In this document: in pieces, positions 15,847 to 24,352 of the stretch
Layout of the letters: every line of letters begins with the position of its first letter
Position numbering within the stretch: the stretch's first letter is position 1
Virus genome (UHGV): UHGV-0106768
Strand: one strand, 5' to 3'
Length of the DNA stretch: 44,108 nucleotides
Source of the DNA: a virus
Notes under the pieces: model-generated
What the model was told of the DNA's origin: nothing
Seen by the model: the letters and a program-made list of their open reading frames with translations, nothing else
The model's database searches: none
Program-made: the position numbers and the translations under genes

Positions 15847-15938
15847 TTGGGGCAACGTGGGGCAAGTTTTTTCGGTGGTTATTATTATTACTTCTCTTTA
15901 TATATATTACTATTTTTACTTGCCCCTACTTGCCCCAA
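15847..15938. repeat. 21-nt inverted repeat flanking a 50-nt AT-rich spacer; candidate origin core
   Basis: TTGGGGCAACGTGGGGCAAGT (15847-67) versus the reverse complement of ACTTGCCCCTACTTGCCCCAA (15918-38). The spacer is TTTTTCGGTGGTTATTATTATTACTTCTCTTTATATATATTACTATTTTT. Confidence 0.5.
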
Positions 15939-16114
15939 ATAAATAAAAACAATAGAAAAGATAAGAAGAATAGAGGATTTTCACTGATTTGAACCATTAC
16001 CCATTTTGCACTGTTTTGAACCTTGCCCGATGCTGTCACTGACAAAGAGTGTGTAAGCGACAAAGCGTGGCAAGGTCAAAATCCAACGATCAATCATGCA
16101 GGAGGAACAAGAAT

Positions 16115-17209
16115 ATGAGAATCATCACTTCAGAACAGGTATCCGCAGGACACCCCGACAAGATCTGTGACCAGATCGCAGATGCTATCGTGACCGACTG
16201 CCTGCAGCATGACCACAACAGCCGTGTCGCCATCGAGTGCCTTTTCAAGAACCGCTTCCTTGTGATCGCCGGTGAACTGACCAGCACCCATGAGCCCGAC
16301 TACAAGGCACTGGTGCAGAGCGTGTTTGACCGCATCAACAACGGCGGAGCAGAGAGTACCGATGCAGGTTTTGATTACAAGCTGGATTTCACAGCCGATG
16401 ATCTGGACATTGCGATTCTGGTCGATCACCAGAGTAGCGACATTGCCCTCGGTGTGAATACCGGCGGTGCAGGAGATCAGGGTATGATGTACGGCTATGC
16501 GACCAACGAAACGCCGGAGATGCTCCCGATCCCCTTCGTGCTGGCTACCAGATTTCTGGAACTGCTGAAAGCCTACCCCTGCCGTATGCTGAAAGCCGAC
16601 GCAAAGGCACAGGTCAGCTATGACTATGACAGCGGTCGCATTACCACCTTCCTCTGCTCGGTGCAGCATACACACGATGTGGATGTTGAGGACTTCAAGC
16701 CCATCATCGAAAAGCTGATGGTGAGAACGGCAACCGAATACGGGCTGAATACAGACTTTGCAAAGCTCGTCAACCCGACCGGCAGATTTGTCATAGGCAG
16801 TTCCTTTGCGGACTGCGGCGTTACCGGACGCAAGCTCGCCTGCGATACCTATGGCGGTATCGGGCATATCGGCGGCGGTGCAATGTCCGGCAAAGATCCG
16901 TCTAAGGTTGACCGCAGCGGCGCATATGCAGCAAGAAAAATCGCAAGGGATATCGTCAGTGCCGGATATGCGGATATGGCAGAGGTGCAGATCGCATATG
17001 CCATCGGCGTGGCAGAACCCGTATCCGTGTATGTGGAAACCTTCGGCACGGAGCATCAGGATACGGAGTTCATCAGCCAGTATGTCCGTGAGAACTACGA
17101 CCTGACACCGAGAGGTATCATTGAAGGACTGCATTTGCTGGATGTGGACTACAACGCTGTTTCCGCATACGGACACTTCGGAAAACAGAACCTTCCGTGG
17201 GAACTATAA
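16115..17209 (+). CDS. metK: S-adenosylmethionine synthetase
   Basis: GGAGGA RBS. SAGHPDKICDQIADAI, GAGDQGMMYGYA and GGGAMSGKDPSKVDRSGAY motifs. Confidence 0.9.
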   Translation: MRIITSEQVSAGHPDKICDQIADAIVTDCLQHDHNSRVAIECLFKNRFLVIAGELTSTHEPDYKALVQSVFDRINNGGAESTDAGFDYKLDFTADDLDIAILVDHQSSDIALGVNTGGAGDQGMMYGYATNETPEMLPIPFVLATRFLELLKAYPCRMLKADAKAQVSYDYDSGRITTFLCSVQHTHDVDVEDFKPIIEKLMVRTATEYGLNTDFAKLVNPTGRFVIGSSFADCGVTGRKLACDTYGGIGHIGGGAMSGKDPSKVDRSGAYAARKIARDIVSAGYADMAEVQIAYAIGVAEPVSVYVETFGTEHQDTEFISQYVRENYDLTPRGIIEGLHLLDVDYNAVSAYGHFGKQNLPWEL

Positions 17210-17236
17210 TAAATTTTTTGAAATTTTTTTTTGATT

Positions 17237-17279
17237 GGATACCCACAAAATGCCCTCTCCCACGACAGTATATGAGGGG
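17237..17279 (+). repeat. Copy 2 of the conserved 44-nt motif
   Basis: GGATACCCACAAAATGCCCTCTCCCACGACAGTATATGAGGGG. The stem is kept through an A-to-G change giving a G-U pair. Again follows a gene end and a T-run. Confidence 0.7.
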
Positions 17280-17360
17280 CGTTGCTCAGACCGAACAACA
17301 CATCATTTGCGGGGCTGACCGTCCCTCACCAAATATCAACACAGGAAGGAGGCAGAGACA

Positions 17361-17720
17361 ATGCCGAGCAGACCAAAGACACCATGCCGTCACCCCGGCT
17401 GTGCGGCGCTCGTACCCTACGGTGCGAAGTACTGCGGCAAGCACCGTTCTCTCCATCCGGAGGATACACGCTCCGCAGGCAGTCGAGGCTATGGCACCGC
17501 ATGGAACAAGGCCCGCAAGCGTTACCTTGAGACGCATCCGCTGTGTGTGGAGTGCATGAAGCAAGGACGCTACGTCAAGGCGACCGATGTGGATCACATC
17601 ATGCCGCACCGAGGAGACAATGTTCTCTTCTGGGATCAGAGCAACTGGCAGAGCCTCTGCCACCGACACCACAGCATCAAAACCAGAAACGAGGATCACA
17701 CCCCTGAGTACAAGTACTGA
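17361..17720 (+). CDS. HNH endonuclease (the type usually found next to phage terminase genes)
   Basis: GGAAGGAGG RBS. CVECMKQGRYVKATDVDHIMPHRGD...WQSLCHRHHSIKT. Confidence 0.8.
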   Translation: MPSRPKTPCRHPGCAALVPYGAKYCGKHRSLHPEDTRSAGSRGYGTAWNKARKRYLETHPLCVECMKQGRYVKATDVDHIMPHRGDNVLFWDQSNWQSLCHRHHSIKTRNEDHTPEYKY

Positions 17721-18177
17721 CTGCGGCTCACCAACTTACTCTGCGATTCAGACTCGGCTCAGGGGTGTACCTATGGGCGGGGCTGGGGGCTGGGGCTGCC
17801 CGCCGGGGCGGGTTCATTTCTCTGTGTGAAAGCGAACACAAGACCGTCGGCCCCTCTCGTGTGAAAAAACGCGAATTTGCAAGGGCCCCGGTCATTTGGG
17901 ACACTGACAGAGATATATTAGCTGTAAATGAAATACTGTGCAGAAAACAGAAAACGCAGATTTTTCGTGCTTTTCCATATGCTGCCGTAGGAAACTGCGG
18001 CCGCAGGATACATACAGAGTTTCGTTACAAAATGCACTGTAAAACGGCGAATTTACGTCAAAAAGCGATAGAATTAGCACATTTTTAGCGCCAAACCGCA
18101 TTTTACAGTTTTATTCTTGGCGGAGCCCGTGTGGATACCGAAAACCGCATAAAATCAGAAGTTTCGAGGTGAATCAG

Positions 18178-18471
18178 ATGACAGATTCTCAAAAATATCA
18201 AGTACGAATTATGCGGATGCAGGGCATTGGATATAAGGCAATAGCAAGGTCGCTGGGCTTGAAAACCAATCAGGTGCAGCTCTTTTGCAAGGCTCACGGT
18301 CTTGCAGGAGACAATCATCTGGTCGATGTCAACTATCAAATCTGGTGTCAGCAAAACAACCGCTGTCCGGTCTGCGGTGCAAAAATCGATCAGCCGAGAA
18401 TCGGACGCAGGAAGAGATTCTGCTCCGGTCGGTGCAGAACGAAATACTGCCGTGAGCAGAAAGGAGAATGA
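18178..18471 (+). CDS. HTH (sigma region-4/LuxR-like) plus C-terminal zinc-ribbon protein
   Basis: VRIMRMQGIGYKAIARSLGLKTNQV, then CPVCG...CSGRC. Confidence 0.55.
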   Translation: MTDSQKYQVRIMRMQGIGYKAIARSLGLKTNQVQLFCKAHGLAGDNHLVDVNYQIWCQQNNRCPVCGAKIDQPRIGRRKRFCSGRCRTKYCREQKGE

Positions 18472-18473
18472 GA

Positions 18474-18647
18474 ATGCTTGTAACAGTTTTATGCCTTACC
18501 TACATGATGATCATTATCCTGATCCATGCGATCTGGATCAGCTCAATCATCAAGCATGACGGCAAATGCCACTTTGGTAACTGCAGCCGCTGTCCGTATG
18601 ACGGCTATTGCCCGATGCAGGAAGGAGATACACATGGAGACAAGTAA
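18474..18647 (+). CDS. 57-aa putative membrane peptide with a Cys-rich tail (below the ORF-track cut-off)
   Basis: My own translation is MLVTVLCLTYMMIIILIHAIWISSIIKHDGKCHFGNCSRCPYDGYCPMQEGDTHGDK. It starts 3 nt after the upstream stop, with AGGAGAA upstream. Confidence 0.35.
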   Translation: MLVTVLCLTYMMIIILIHAIWISSIIKHDGKCHFGNCSRCPYDGYCPMQEGDTHGDK

Positions 18648-18915
18648 TGGCAGCAGAGTAGCAGGTGCGGTAATCGCGCCGAAGGCAAATGATGAAATCA
18701 ACCATCCCTCACACTATACCGCCGGCAGCATTGAGGTCATCGACTTCCTCGAAGCATGGGACTTCCCTTTCCATCTGGCGAACGCGATCAAATATATCTG
18801 CCGCGCAGGGCGGAAAGATAAGAACGCTCTCGTCACCGATCTGAAGAAGGCAGTGTGGTATATCAACCGCTACATCGATTATGTTGAGAAGGGTGGCAAG
18901 GAGGGCAAGGCATGA
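18634..18915 (+). CDS. DUF3310 family protein
   Basis: INHPSHYTAGSIEVIDFLEAW...ANAIKYICRAGRKD pattern. GGAAGGAGA RBS. Confidence 0.7.
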   Translation: METSNGSRVAGAVIAPKANDEINHPSHYTAGSIEVIDFLEAWDFPFHLANAIKYICRAGRKDKNALVTDLKKAVWYINRYIDYVEKGGKEGKA

Positions 18916-19397
18916 CGCTGACTGAGAACTTCATTCAGAATGCCATCCATCTCGATGCGGGTGCGGAGGTCATGTACGGCAGCGATCAGATGTACGACAC
19001 CTACCCTTGCCGTTTTCCGGCTGTGGAGTTTCAACTTATGGCAACGGATGCTCTTGTTGAGGTTGCAGACCGCATCCGCATGGAGAAGGGCTACCTTCCG
19101 ATGCATCCGAGAGACGGCAAGACAGACGATGTGGACTGCGATGGTTTCTATGATTTTTATGTCGGGATTTCAAAGCTCCCCGGCGACCATCAGCAGTGCC
19201 AGCTTGACAGCAGCATCAGCTTTATGGTTGTCAATTCGGATTCGGATGACAACGAGGATATGTACAATATCGACTTGACAGAAGCAGAACGGGAATATGT
19301 GTATGAGATACTGAACCGACAGTGCCGGAGGTATCACGGCAAGGACTGCGCCGAACTTCTGGCAGAGTCTGAAAAGGAGCTGATGGATACAGCATGA
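18912..19397 (+). CDS. Hypothetical protein
   Basis: ATGA-type overlaps with both neighbours. 161-aa ORF. Confidence 0.55.
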   Translation: MTLTENFIQNAIHLDAGAEVMYGSDQMYDTYPCRFPAVEFQLMATDALVEVADRIRMEKGYLPMHPRDGKTDDVDCDGFYDFYVGISKLPGDHQQCQLDSSISFMVVNSDSDDNEDMYNIDLTEAEREYVYEILNRQCRRYHGKDCAELLAESEKELMDTA

Positions 19398-21541
19398 GAA
19401 TTATCAAGCGAAACGGCGCAGAGGTGCCGTATGACTGTGAAAAGATCAGAGCCGCAATTACTGCGGCAAACGATGAGATGGATTCCGGCGACAGGATCAC
19501 AGATACAGTAATCGGCTTTATTGCTGGTAATGTAGAAAAGCGATGTGAGGCACTTGCAAGGCCTGTCCATGTCGAAGAAGTCCAGGACATGGTTCTTGAT
19601 GAACTGGACAGGGCCGAAGCGTACAAACTTGCACGGCACTACAGCGAGTACCGCCTGCGTCATGAACAGCAGCGCCGGATGAACACAACGGACGGCAAGA
19701 TTCTCAGTCTCCTTGAGAGGAACAACGAGGAGGCAAAACAGGAGAACGCCAACAAGAACCCGATCATCAACAGCACGCTCCGTGACTATATGGCGGGGGA
19801 GGTCAGCCGAGACATCTGCCGCCGATTCCTGTTTCCCGAAGATGTAATCGCTGCCCACGATGACGGCATCATTCATGTACACGATCTGGACTACATCGCA
19901 GAGCCGATGCATAACTGCTGTCTGGTGAATCTGGAGGATATGCTTCAGAACGGCACAGTGGTATCCGGTACTATAATTGAGAAGCCGCACAGCTTTTCGA
20001 CTGCCTGCAATATCGCAACGCAGATCATTGCACAGGTCGCCTCGAATCAGTACGGTGGACAGACCGTCAGCCTTGCACATCTTGCACCTTTCGTGGATGT
20101 GAGCAGAAAAAAGATCCGCACCGAGGTGTTCGAGGATGTGAACTGCGACTGCGGTGCAAAGCTGTCTGAAAAAGAACTGGACTACATCGTAGAAAAGCGT
20201 GTGCGACGGGAGGTCAAGCGTGGCGTGCAGACGATACAGTATCAGATCAACACGCTGCTCACTACCAACGGACAGACGCCGTTCGTCACAGTGTTTATGT
20301 ATCTTGATGAAGTGCCGGAGGGACAGACCCGTGATGACCTTGCGCTCATCATCGAGGAAACACTGCTTCAGCGTATCGAGGGTGTGAAAAACGAAAAGGG
20401 CATCTGGATCACACCGGCATTTCCGAAGCTGATCTATGTTCTTGATGAGGATAACATTCAGCCCGGTTCCAAGTATTACTATCTCACCGAGCTTGCCGCC
20501 AAGTGTACTGCAAAGCGCATGGTTCCCGACTATATTTCCGCAAAGGTGATGAAACGTCTGAAGGGTGATGTGTATGCCTGCATGGGCTGCCGATCTTTCC
20601 TGACACCTTCGGATGACCACAAATACTACGGGCGATTCAATCAGGGAGTCATCACGATCAACCTTGTGGATGTTGCGTGTAGCGCAGGCGGAGACGAAGA
20701 TAAATGCTGGCAGCTTCTTGATGAACGCTGCGAACTGTGCCGCAAAGCGCTTGTGTGTCGGCATGACCGCCTGAAAGGGACACCGTCCGATGTTGCACCA
20801 ATCCTCTGGCAGTATGGCGCACTTGCGAGACTGAAGAACGGCGAGGTCATTGACGATCTGCTGTATAACAACTACAGCACGATCTCGCTCGGCTATGCCG
20901 GCATCGCGGAAATGACCTATCACATGACAGGCCGTTCGCATACAGAGCCAGAAGGAAAAGCGTTTGCACTGAAGGTCATGCGATTCCTGAACGATAAGTG
21001 CAGCAAATGGAGAGCTGAAAGCAATATCTCGTTCTCGCTGTACGGCACGCCGATGGAGAGCGTCACCTACAAATTTGCACAATGTTTGCAGCGCAGACAC
21101 GGCATCATTCCTCATGTGACCGACAAGAGCTATATCACCAACAGCTATCATGTCCATGTGACTGAGCCGATCGATGCCTTCAGCAAGCTAATTTTTGAGG
21201 CAGAGTTTCAGGAGCTTTCTCCGGGCGGTGCGATCAGTTATGTGGAAGTACCGAATCTGCAAAACAATATCCCTGCAGTGCTGGTGCTCATGAGACACAT
21301 CTACGAAACGATTCTGTACGCCGAACTGAATACCAAGTCCGATTACTGTCAGGCTTGCGGCTATGACGGCGAGATCGGGATCGTGGAAGAAGACGGCAAG
21401 CTGATCTGGGAATGTCCGAACTGCGGCAACCGCGATCAGCGAACACTGAATGTCTGCCGCCGCACCTGCGGTTACCTCGGAACGCAGTTCTGGAATCAGG
21501 GACGCACTGCTGAGATCAAGGATCGGGTGATGCACCTGTGA
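19394..21541 (+). CDS. nrdD: Anaerobic ribonucleoside-triphosphate reductase
   Basis: N-terminal ATP-cone (MRIIKRNGAEVPYDCEKI), C-terminal CxxC...CPNCG zinc site, and glycyl-radical motif RRTCGYLG. Confidence 0.92.
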   Translation: MRIIKRNGAEVPYDCEKIRAAITAANDEMDSGDRITDTVIGFIAGNVEKRCEALARPVHVEEVQDMVLDELDRAEAYKLARHYSEYRLRHEQQRRMNTTDGKILSLLERNNEEAKQENANKNPIINSTLRDYMAGEVSRDICRRFLFPEDVIAAHDDGIIHVHDLDYIAEPMHNCCLVNLEDMLQNGTVVSGTIIEKPHSFSTACNIATQIIAQVASNQYGGQTVSLAHLAPFVDVSRKKIRTEVFEDVNCDCGAKLSEKELDYIVEKRVRREVKRGVQTIQYQINTLLTTNGQTPFVTVFMYLDEVPEGQTRDDLALIIEETLLQRIEGVKNEKGIWITPAFPKLIYVLDEDNIQPGSKYYYLTELAAKCTAKRMVPDYISAKVMKRLKGDVYACMGCRSFLTPSDDHKYYGRFNQGVITINLVDVACSAGGDEDKCWQLLDERCELCRKALVCRHDRLKGTPSDVAPILWQYGALARLKNGEVIDDLLYNNYSTISLGYAGIAEMTYHMTGRSHTEPEGKAFALKVMRFLNDKCSKWRAESNISFSLYGTPMESVTYKFAQCLQRRHGIIPHVTDKSYITNSYHVHVTEPIDAFSKLIFEAEFQELSPGGAISYVEVPNLQNNIPAVLVLMRHIYETILYAELNTKSDYCQACGYDGEIGIVEEDGKLIWECPNCGNRDQRTLNVCRRTCGYLGTQFWNQGRTAEIKDRVMHL

Positions 21542-22005
21542 ATTACTGCGGACTGAATAAAAACGATATCGCCAACGGCGAAGGTGTCCGTGTATCGCTG
21601 TTTGTATCCGGATGCCGGAATCAATGCAAGGGCTGTCACAACCCAGAGGCATGGGATTTCAGCTATGGACAGCCCTTCACAAAAGAAACTGAAGATGAGA
21701 TCATCGAAGCCCTGCGTCCTTCTTGGATACAGGGCATTTCCATACTCGGTGGTGAACCCTGTGAGCCGGAAAATGAAAAAACACTCCTGCCTCTGCTGAA
21801 AAAGATCTGGTGGGAGATGCCAGAAAAAGATATCTGGCTGTACAGCGGATACACTTACGAGCAGTTGCAAGGCAGAGCCATACTTCGGTATGTGGATGTT
21901 CTGGTTGACGGGCCGTTCCTAATCGACCAGAAGGATATCTCCCTTGCATTTCGAGGCAGTCGGAATCAACGGATCCTCCGATTAAGAAATGGGGTGCGGG
22001 TATGA
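21538..22005 (+). CDS. nrdG: Anaerobic RNR activating protein (radical SAM)
   Basis: GEGVRVSLFVSGCRNQCKGCHN cluster. Start overlaps the nrdD stop (GTGA). Confidence 0.88.
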   Translation: MNYCGLNKNDIANGEGVRVSLFVSGCRNQCKGCHNPEAWDFSYGQPFTKETEDEIIEALRPSWIQGISILGGEPCEPENEKTLLPLLKKIWWEMPEKDIWLYSGYTYEQLQGRAILRYVDVLVDGPFLIDQKDISLAFRGSRNQRILRLRNGVRV

Positions 22006-22319
22006 GAGCCAGACTGAAACCGCCGGGAGATGCCGTTCGCTGCGATGCCTGCGGATGTGCCTTTGTGCCGGAGCCGAAAATGCAGCGTGAGGGCGAGATC
22101 GAATACAGCTTCTTCAACTGTGATTACTGTGGCAAAGCGTATATCGTGTCTGTGACCGATGCCGCACTCCGCCGGAGCATCCGCAAGTACCGGACGCTTG
22201 CCGAAAAGCTGAAGGACAAGCCGCTGAGTGAAGAAACGCTCCGTGAAGTCACGGCGCTGAAGGATGCGAACACAAAAAGAGCCGCAGAGCTGCGGCAGAT
22301 GTATATACGGGAGGGATGA
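22002..22319 (+). CDS. Hypothetical zinc-ribbon protein
   Basis: CDACGCAF...CDYCGKAY pairs. ATGA overlap with nrdG. Confidence 0.55.
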   Translation: MRARLKPPGDAVRCDACGCAFVPEPKMQREGEIEYSFFNCDYCGKAYIVSVTDAALRRSIRKYRTLAEKLKDKPLSEETLREVTALKDANTKRAAELRQMYIREG

Positions 22320-22320
22320 G

Positions 22321-23592
22321 ATGAAAACAGCAGAACTTCGCATGATCCCTGTCTCGGAACTGAAGCCTGCGGAATACAACCCGCGTAAAAAGCTGAAGCC
22401 CGGCGACAAGGAATACGAGAAGATCAAAAACAGCATCGAGGAATTCGGTTTTGCCGACCCTTTGGTAGTCAACGCCGATATGACCATCATCGGCGGACAT
22501 CAGAGACTGACCGTAGCGATGGCGCTCGGCTACACGGAAGTTCCGTGTGCGGTGGTAGACATCGACAAGGTTCGTGAGAAGGCACTGAACATCGCACTGA
22601 ACAAGATCACGGGTGCGTGGGACGAGAACCTTCTTGCTGAACTTCTGGAGGATATTCAGAACAGTGATTTCGATCTTGGCAAGACCGGCTTTGACCCGCC
22701 GGAGATCGAGCAGCTTTTCAATCAGGTACACGATAAGCAGGTCAAAGAGGACAGCTTCGATGTGGAGGAGGAGCTTCAGAAACCGACCTTCTCTCAGCCG
22801 GGAGATACCTGGATCCTCGGCAGGCACAGAGTCATCTGCGGCGACAGCACAGTTGCGGAGACATACACAAAGCTGATGGACGGACAGAAAGCAAATCTCG
22901 TCCTGACGGACCCGCCTTACAATGTGGATGTTGAGGAGACCGCCGGCAAGATCATGAACGATAACATGAGCGACAGCGATTTCTACAACTTCCTGCTTGC
23001 CGCCTATAAGTGTATGTATGACAGTCTTGCCGATGACGGCAGCATCTATGTATGGCACGCCGACACCGAGGGGCTGAATTTCAGAAAGGCATTCAAGGAC
23101 GCAGGATTCCAGCTTTCCGGCTGCTGTATCTGGAAGAAGAATTCGCTGGTGCTCGGGCGCAGTCCTTACCAGTGGATCCATGAACCGTGCCTGTTCGGCT
23201 GGAAGCAGAAGGGCAAGCATCAGTGGTACGCCGACCGCAAGCAGACGACCGTCTGGGAATACGACAAGCCGAAAAGCAGTCCCGATCATCCGACCACAAA
23301 GCCCATCCCGCTGATGGCGTACCCGATCAAGAACAGCACCATGACAAACGGCATCGTCCTCGATCCATTTCTCGGCTCTGGCTCTACGCTGATCGCCTGC
23401 TGTGAGACAGACCGTGTCTGCCGGGGCATCGAGCTTGACCCGAAGTTCGTGGATGTCATCGTGAAACGTTACCTCGCATGGTGTCAGGAGAAGCAGACCG
23501 CAGAGGTCGCATATGTTCTCCGTGACGGCCAGAAGCTGTCATACGAGGAAGCGATTGCAGTAATGCCGCAGGACGGTGATGCTGTTGAGTGA
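22321..23592 (+). CDS. ParB-like nuclease domain fused to an N6/N4 DNA methyltransferase
   Basis: N-terminal ParB/Srx pattern (IPVSELKPAEYNPRK...IIGGHQRL). LVLTDPPYNVD motif IV. C-terminal DPFLGSGST motif I. Confidence 0.88.
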   Translation: MKTAELRMIPVSELKPAEYNPRKKLKPGDKEYEKIKNSIEEFGFADPLVVNADMTIIGGHQRLTVAMALGYTEVPCAVVDIDKVREKALNIALNKITGAWDENLLAELLEDIQNSDFDLGKTGFDPPEIEQLFNQVHDKQVKEDSFDVEEELQKPTFSQPGDTWILGRHRVICGDSTVAETYTKLMDGQKANLVLTDPPYNVDVEETAGKIMNDNMSDSDFYNFLLAAYKCMYDSLADDGSIYVWHADTEGLNFRKAFKDAGFQLSGCCIWKKNSLVLGRSPYQWIHEPCLFGWKQKGKHQWYADRKQTTVWEYDKPKSSPDHPTTKPIPLMAYPIKNSTMTNGIVLDPFLGSGSTLIACCETDRVCRGIELDPKFVDVIVKRYLAWCQEKQTAEVAYVLRDGQKLSYEEAIAVMPQDGDAVE

Positions 23593-23935
23593 AGTAAAAT
23601 GCGTTCTCATACACGACAATTTCCAGAATTACAAGGGCTACAGCATTCCGAGGGCACAGCTCGTCATTGCGGATATCCCGTATAACATTGGCGGAGATTT
23701 TTACGCAAGTCGCCCGGACTGGTATGTGAATGGCGACAATCAGAACGGCGAAAGCAGCAAAGCGCACAAGGCGGCATTCCACACGGACTACTCTTTCAAC
23801 ATCGCTGAGTATTTCGCATTCTGCAACCGACTGCTCAAAAAGGAACCGTCCAAAGGTGAAAAGGATGCTCCCTGCATGATCATGTTCTGCGCCTTCCAGC
23901 AGATCCCGGAGGTCATCCGGCAGGCGGAGAAATAA
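23579..23935 (+). CDS. N6/N4 DNA methyltransferase, upstream part (motif IV), ends at an in-frame TAA
   Basis: LVIADIPYNIG is a DPPY-type motif. The frame continues open past TAA 23933-23935. Confidence 0.65.
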   Translation: MLLSEVKCVLIHDNFQNYKGYSIPRAQLVIADIPYNIGGDFYASRPDWYVNGDNQNGESSKAHKAAFHTDYSFNIAEYFAFCNRLLKKEPSKGEKDAPCMIMFCAFQQIPEVIRQAEK

Positions 23936-23965
23936 GGCTTCAAGCACTACCAGTTTTTATGCTTT

Positions 23966-24352
23966 ATGAAGAACTACAGTCCGCAGGTGCTGAAAGCAAA
24001 CATGAGGATCGTTGGTGCTACCGAATATGCGCTGGTGCTGTATCGGGGCAAGCTGCCGAAGTTCCGCAATACCGATGCGGACGGCAAGCGGCACATGATC
24101 TTCGACCATTTCGACTGGGTGCGGGACGGCAAAGATATCCCGAAGATACATCCAAGCCAGAAGCCGGTGAATCTGCTGAAGCGCCTGATTGGGATATTTA
24201 CCGATGAGGGCGATGTGGTCATCGACCCCTGTGCGGGTTCAGGAAGTACACTGAGAGCCGCAAGAGAAATGGGACGCAACAGCTACGGCTTTGAGGTCAG
24301 CAGGGATTTCTATACCAAAGCCCGTGAGCAGATGCTCGGAGGTGCGGAATGA
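23966..24352 (+). CDS. N6/N4 DNA methyltransferase, downstream part (motif I)
   Basis: HPSQKPVNLLKRLIGIFTDEGDVVIDPCAGSGSTLRAA. Same frame as 23579..23935 and open from 23936 (GFKHYQFLCFMKNY...). Confidence 0.65.
   Translation: MKNYSPQVLKANMRIVGATEYALVLYRGKLPKFRNTDADGKRHMIFDHFDWVRDGKDIPKIHPSQKPVNLLKRLIGIFTDEGDVVIDPCAGSGSTLRAAREMGRNSYGFEVSRDFYTKAREQMLGGAE

Noticed and set aside
15402-15992. ORF of 196 aa running from inside the primase gene across the AT-rich candidate origin.
   Set aside because: It is an alternative frame of the well-supported primase-helicase gene and continues into low-complexity AT-rich repeats. It has no RBS.
3398-17279. The two 44-nt motif copies as att-like or transposon-end direct repeats, delimiting a 13.8-kb mobile insertion.
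   Set aside because: No integrase, transposase or target-site duplication is present. The enclosed genes are the core replication module expected in this genome type. A regulatory role fits the positions (gene end to operon start) better. The idea is kept only as an alternative in the corresponding finding.
17765-18088. ORF of 107 aa in the gap after the HNH gene. The same gap might also hide a tRNA (for example a suppressor).
   Set aside because: The ORF has no RBS and starts inside the G-run tract, with low-complexity Gly/Ala/Arg sequence. I could not find a cloverleaf here or in the other gaps (2040-2674, 15809-16114). There was no acceptor/T-arm pairing around any GTTC-like segment. A tRNAscan-SE or ARAGORN run would settle it.
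19334-21157. There are very long minus-strand ORFs. Examples are 607 aa antisense to nrdD, 16130..17176 antisense to metK, 28481..29557, 38733..39860, 14897..15865, 22249..23289 and 43056..43946.
   Set aside because: Each lies entirely opposite a + strand gene with strong family motifs. They have no RBS and have Arg/Cys/His-rich low-plausibility composition. They are shadow ORFs typical of moderately GC-rich coding DNA.
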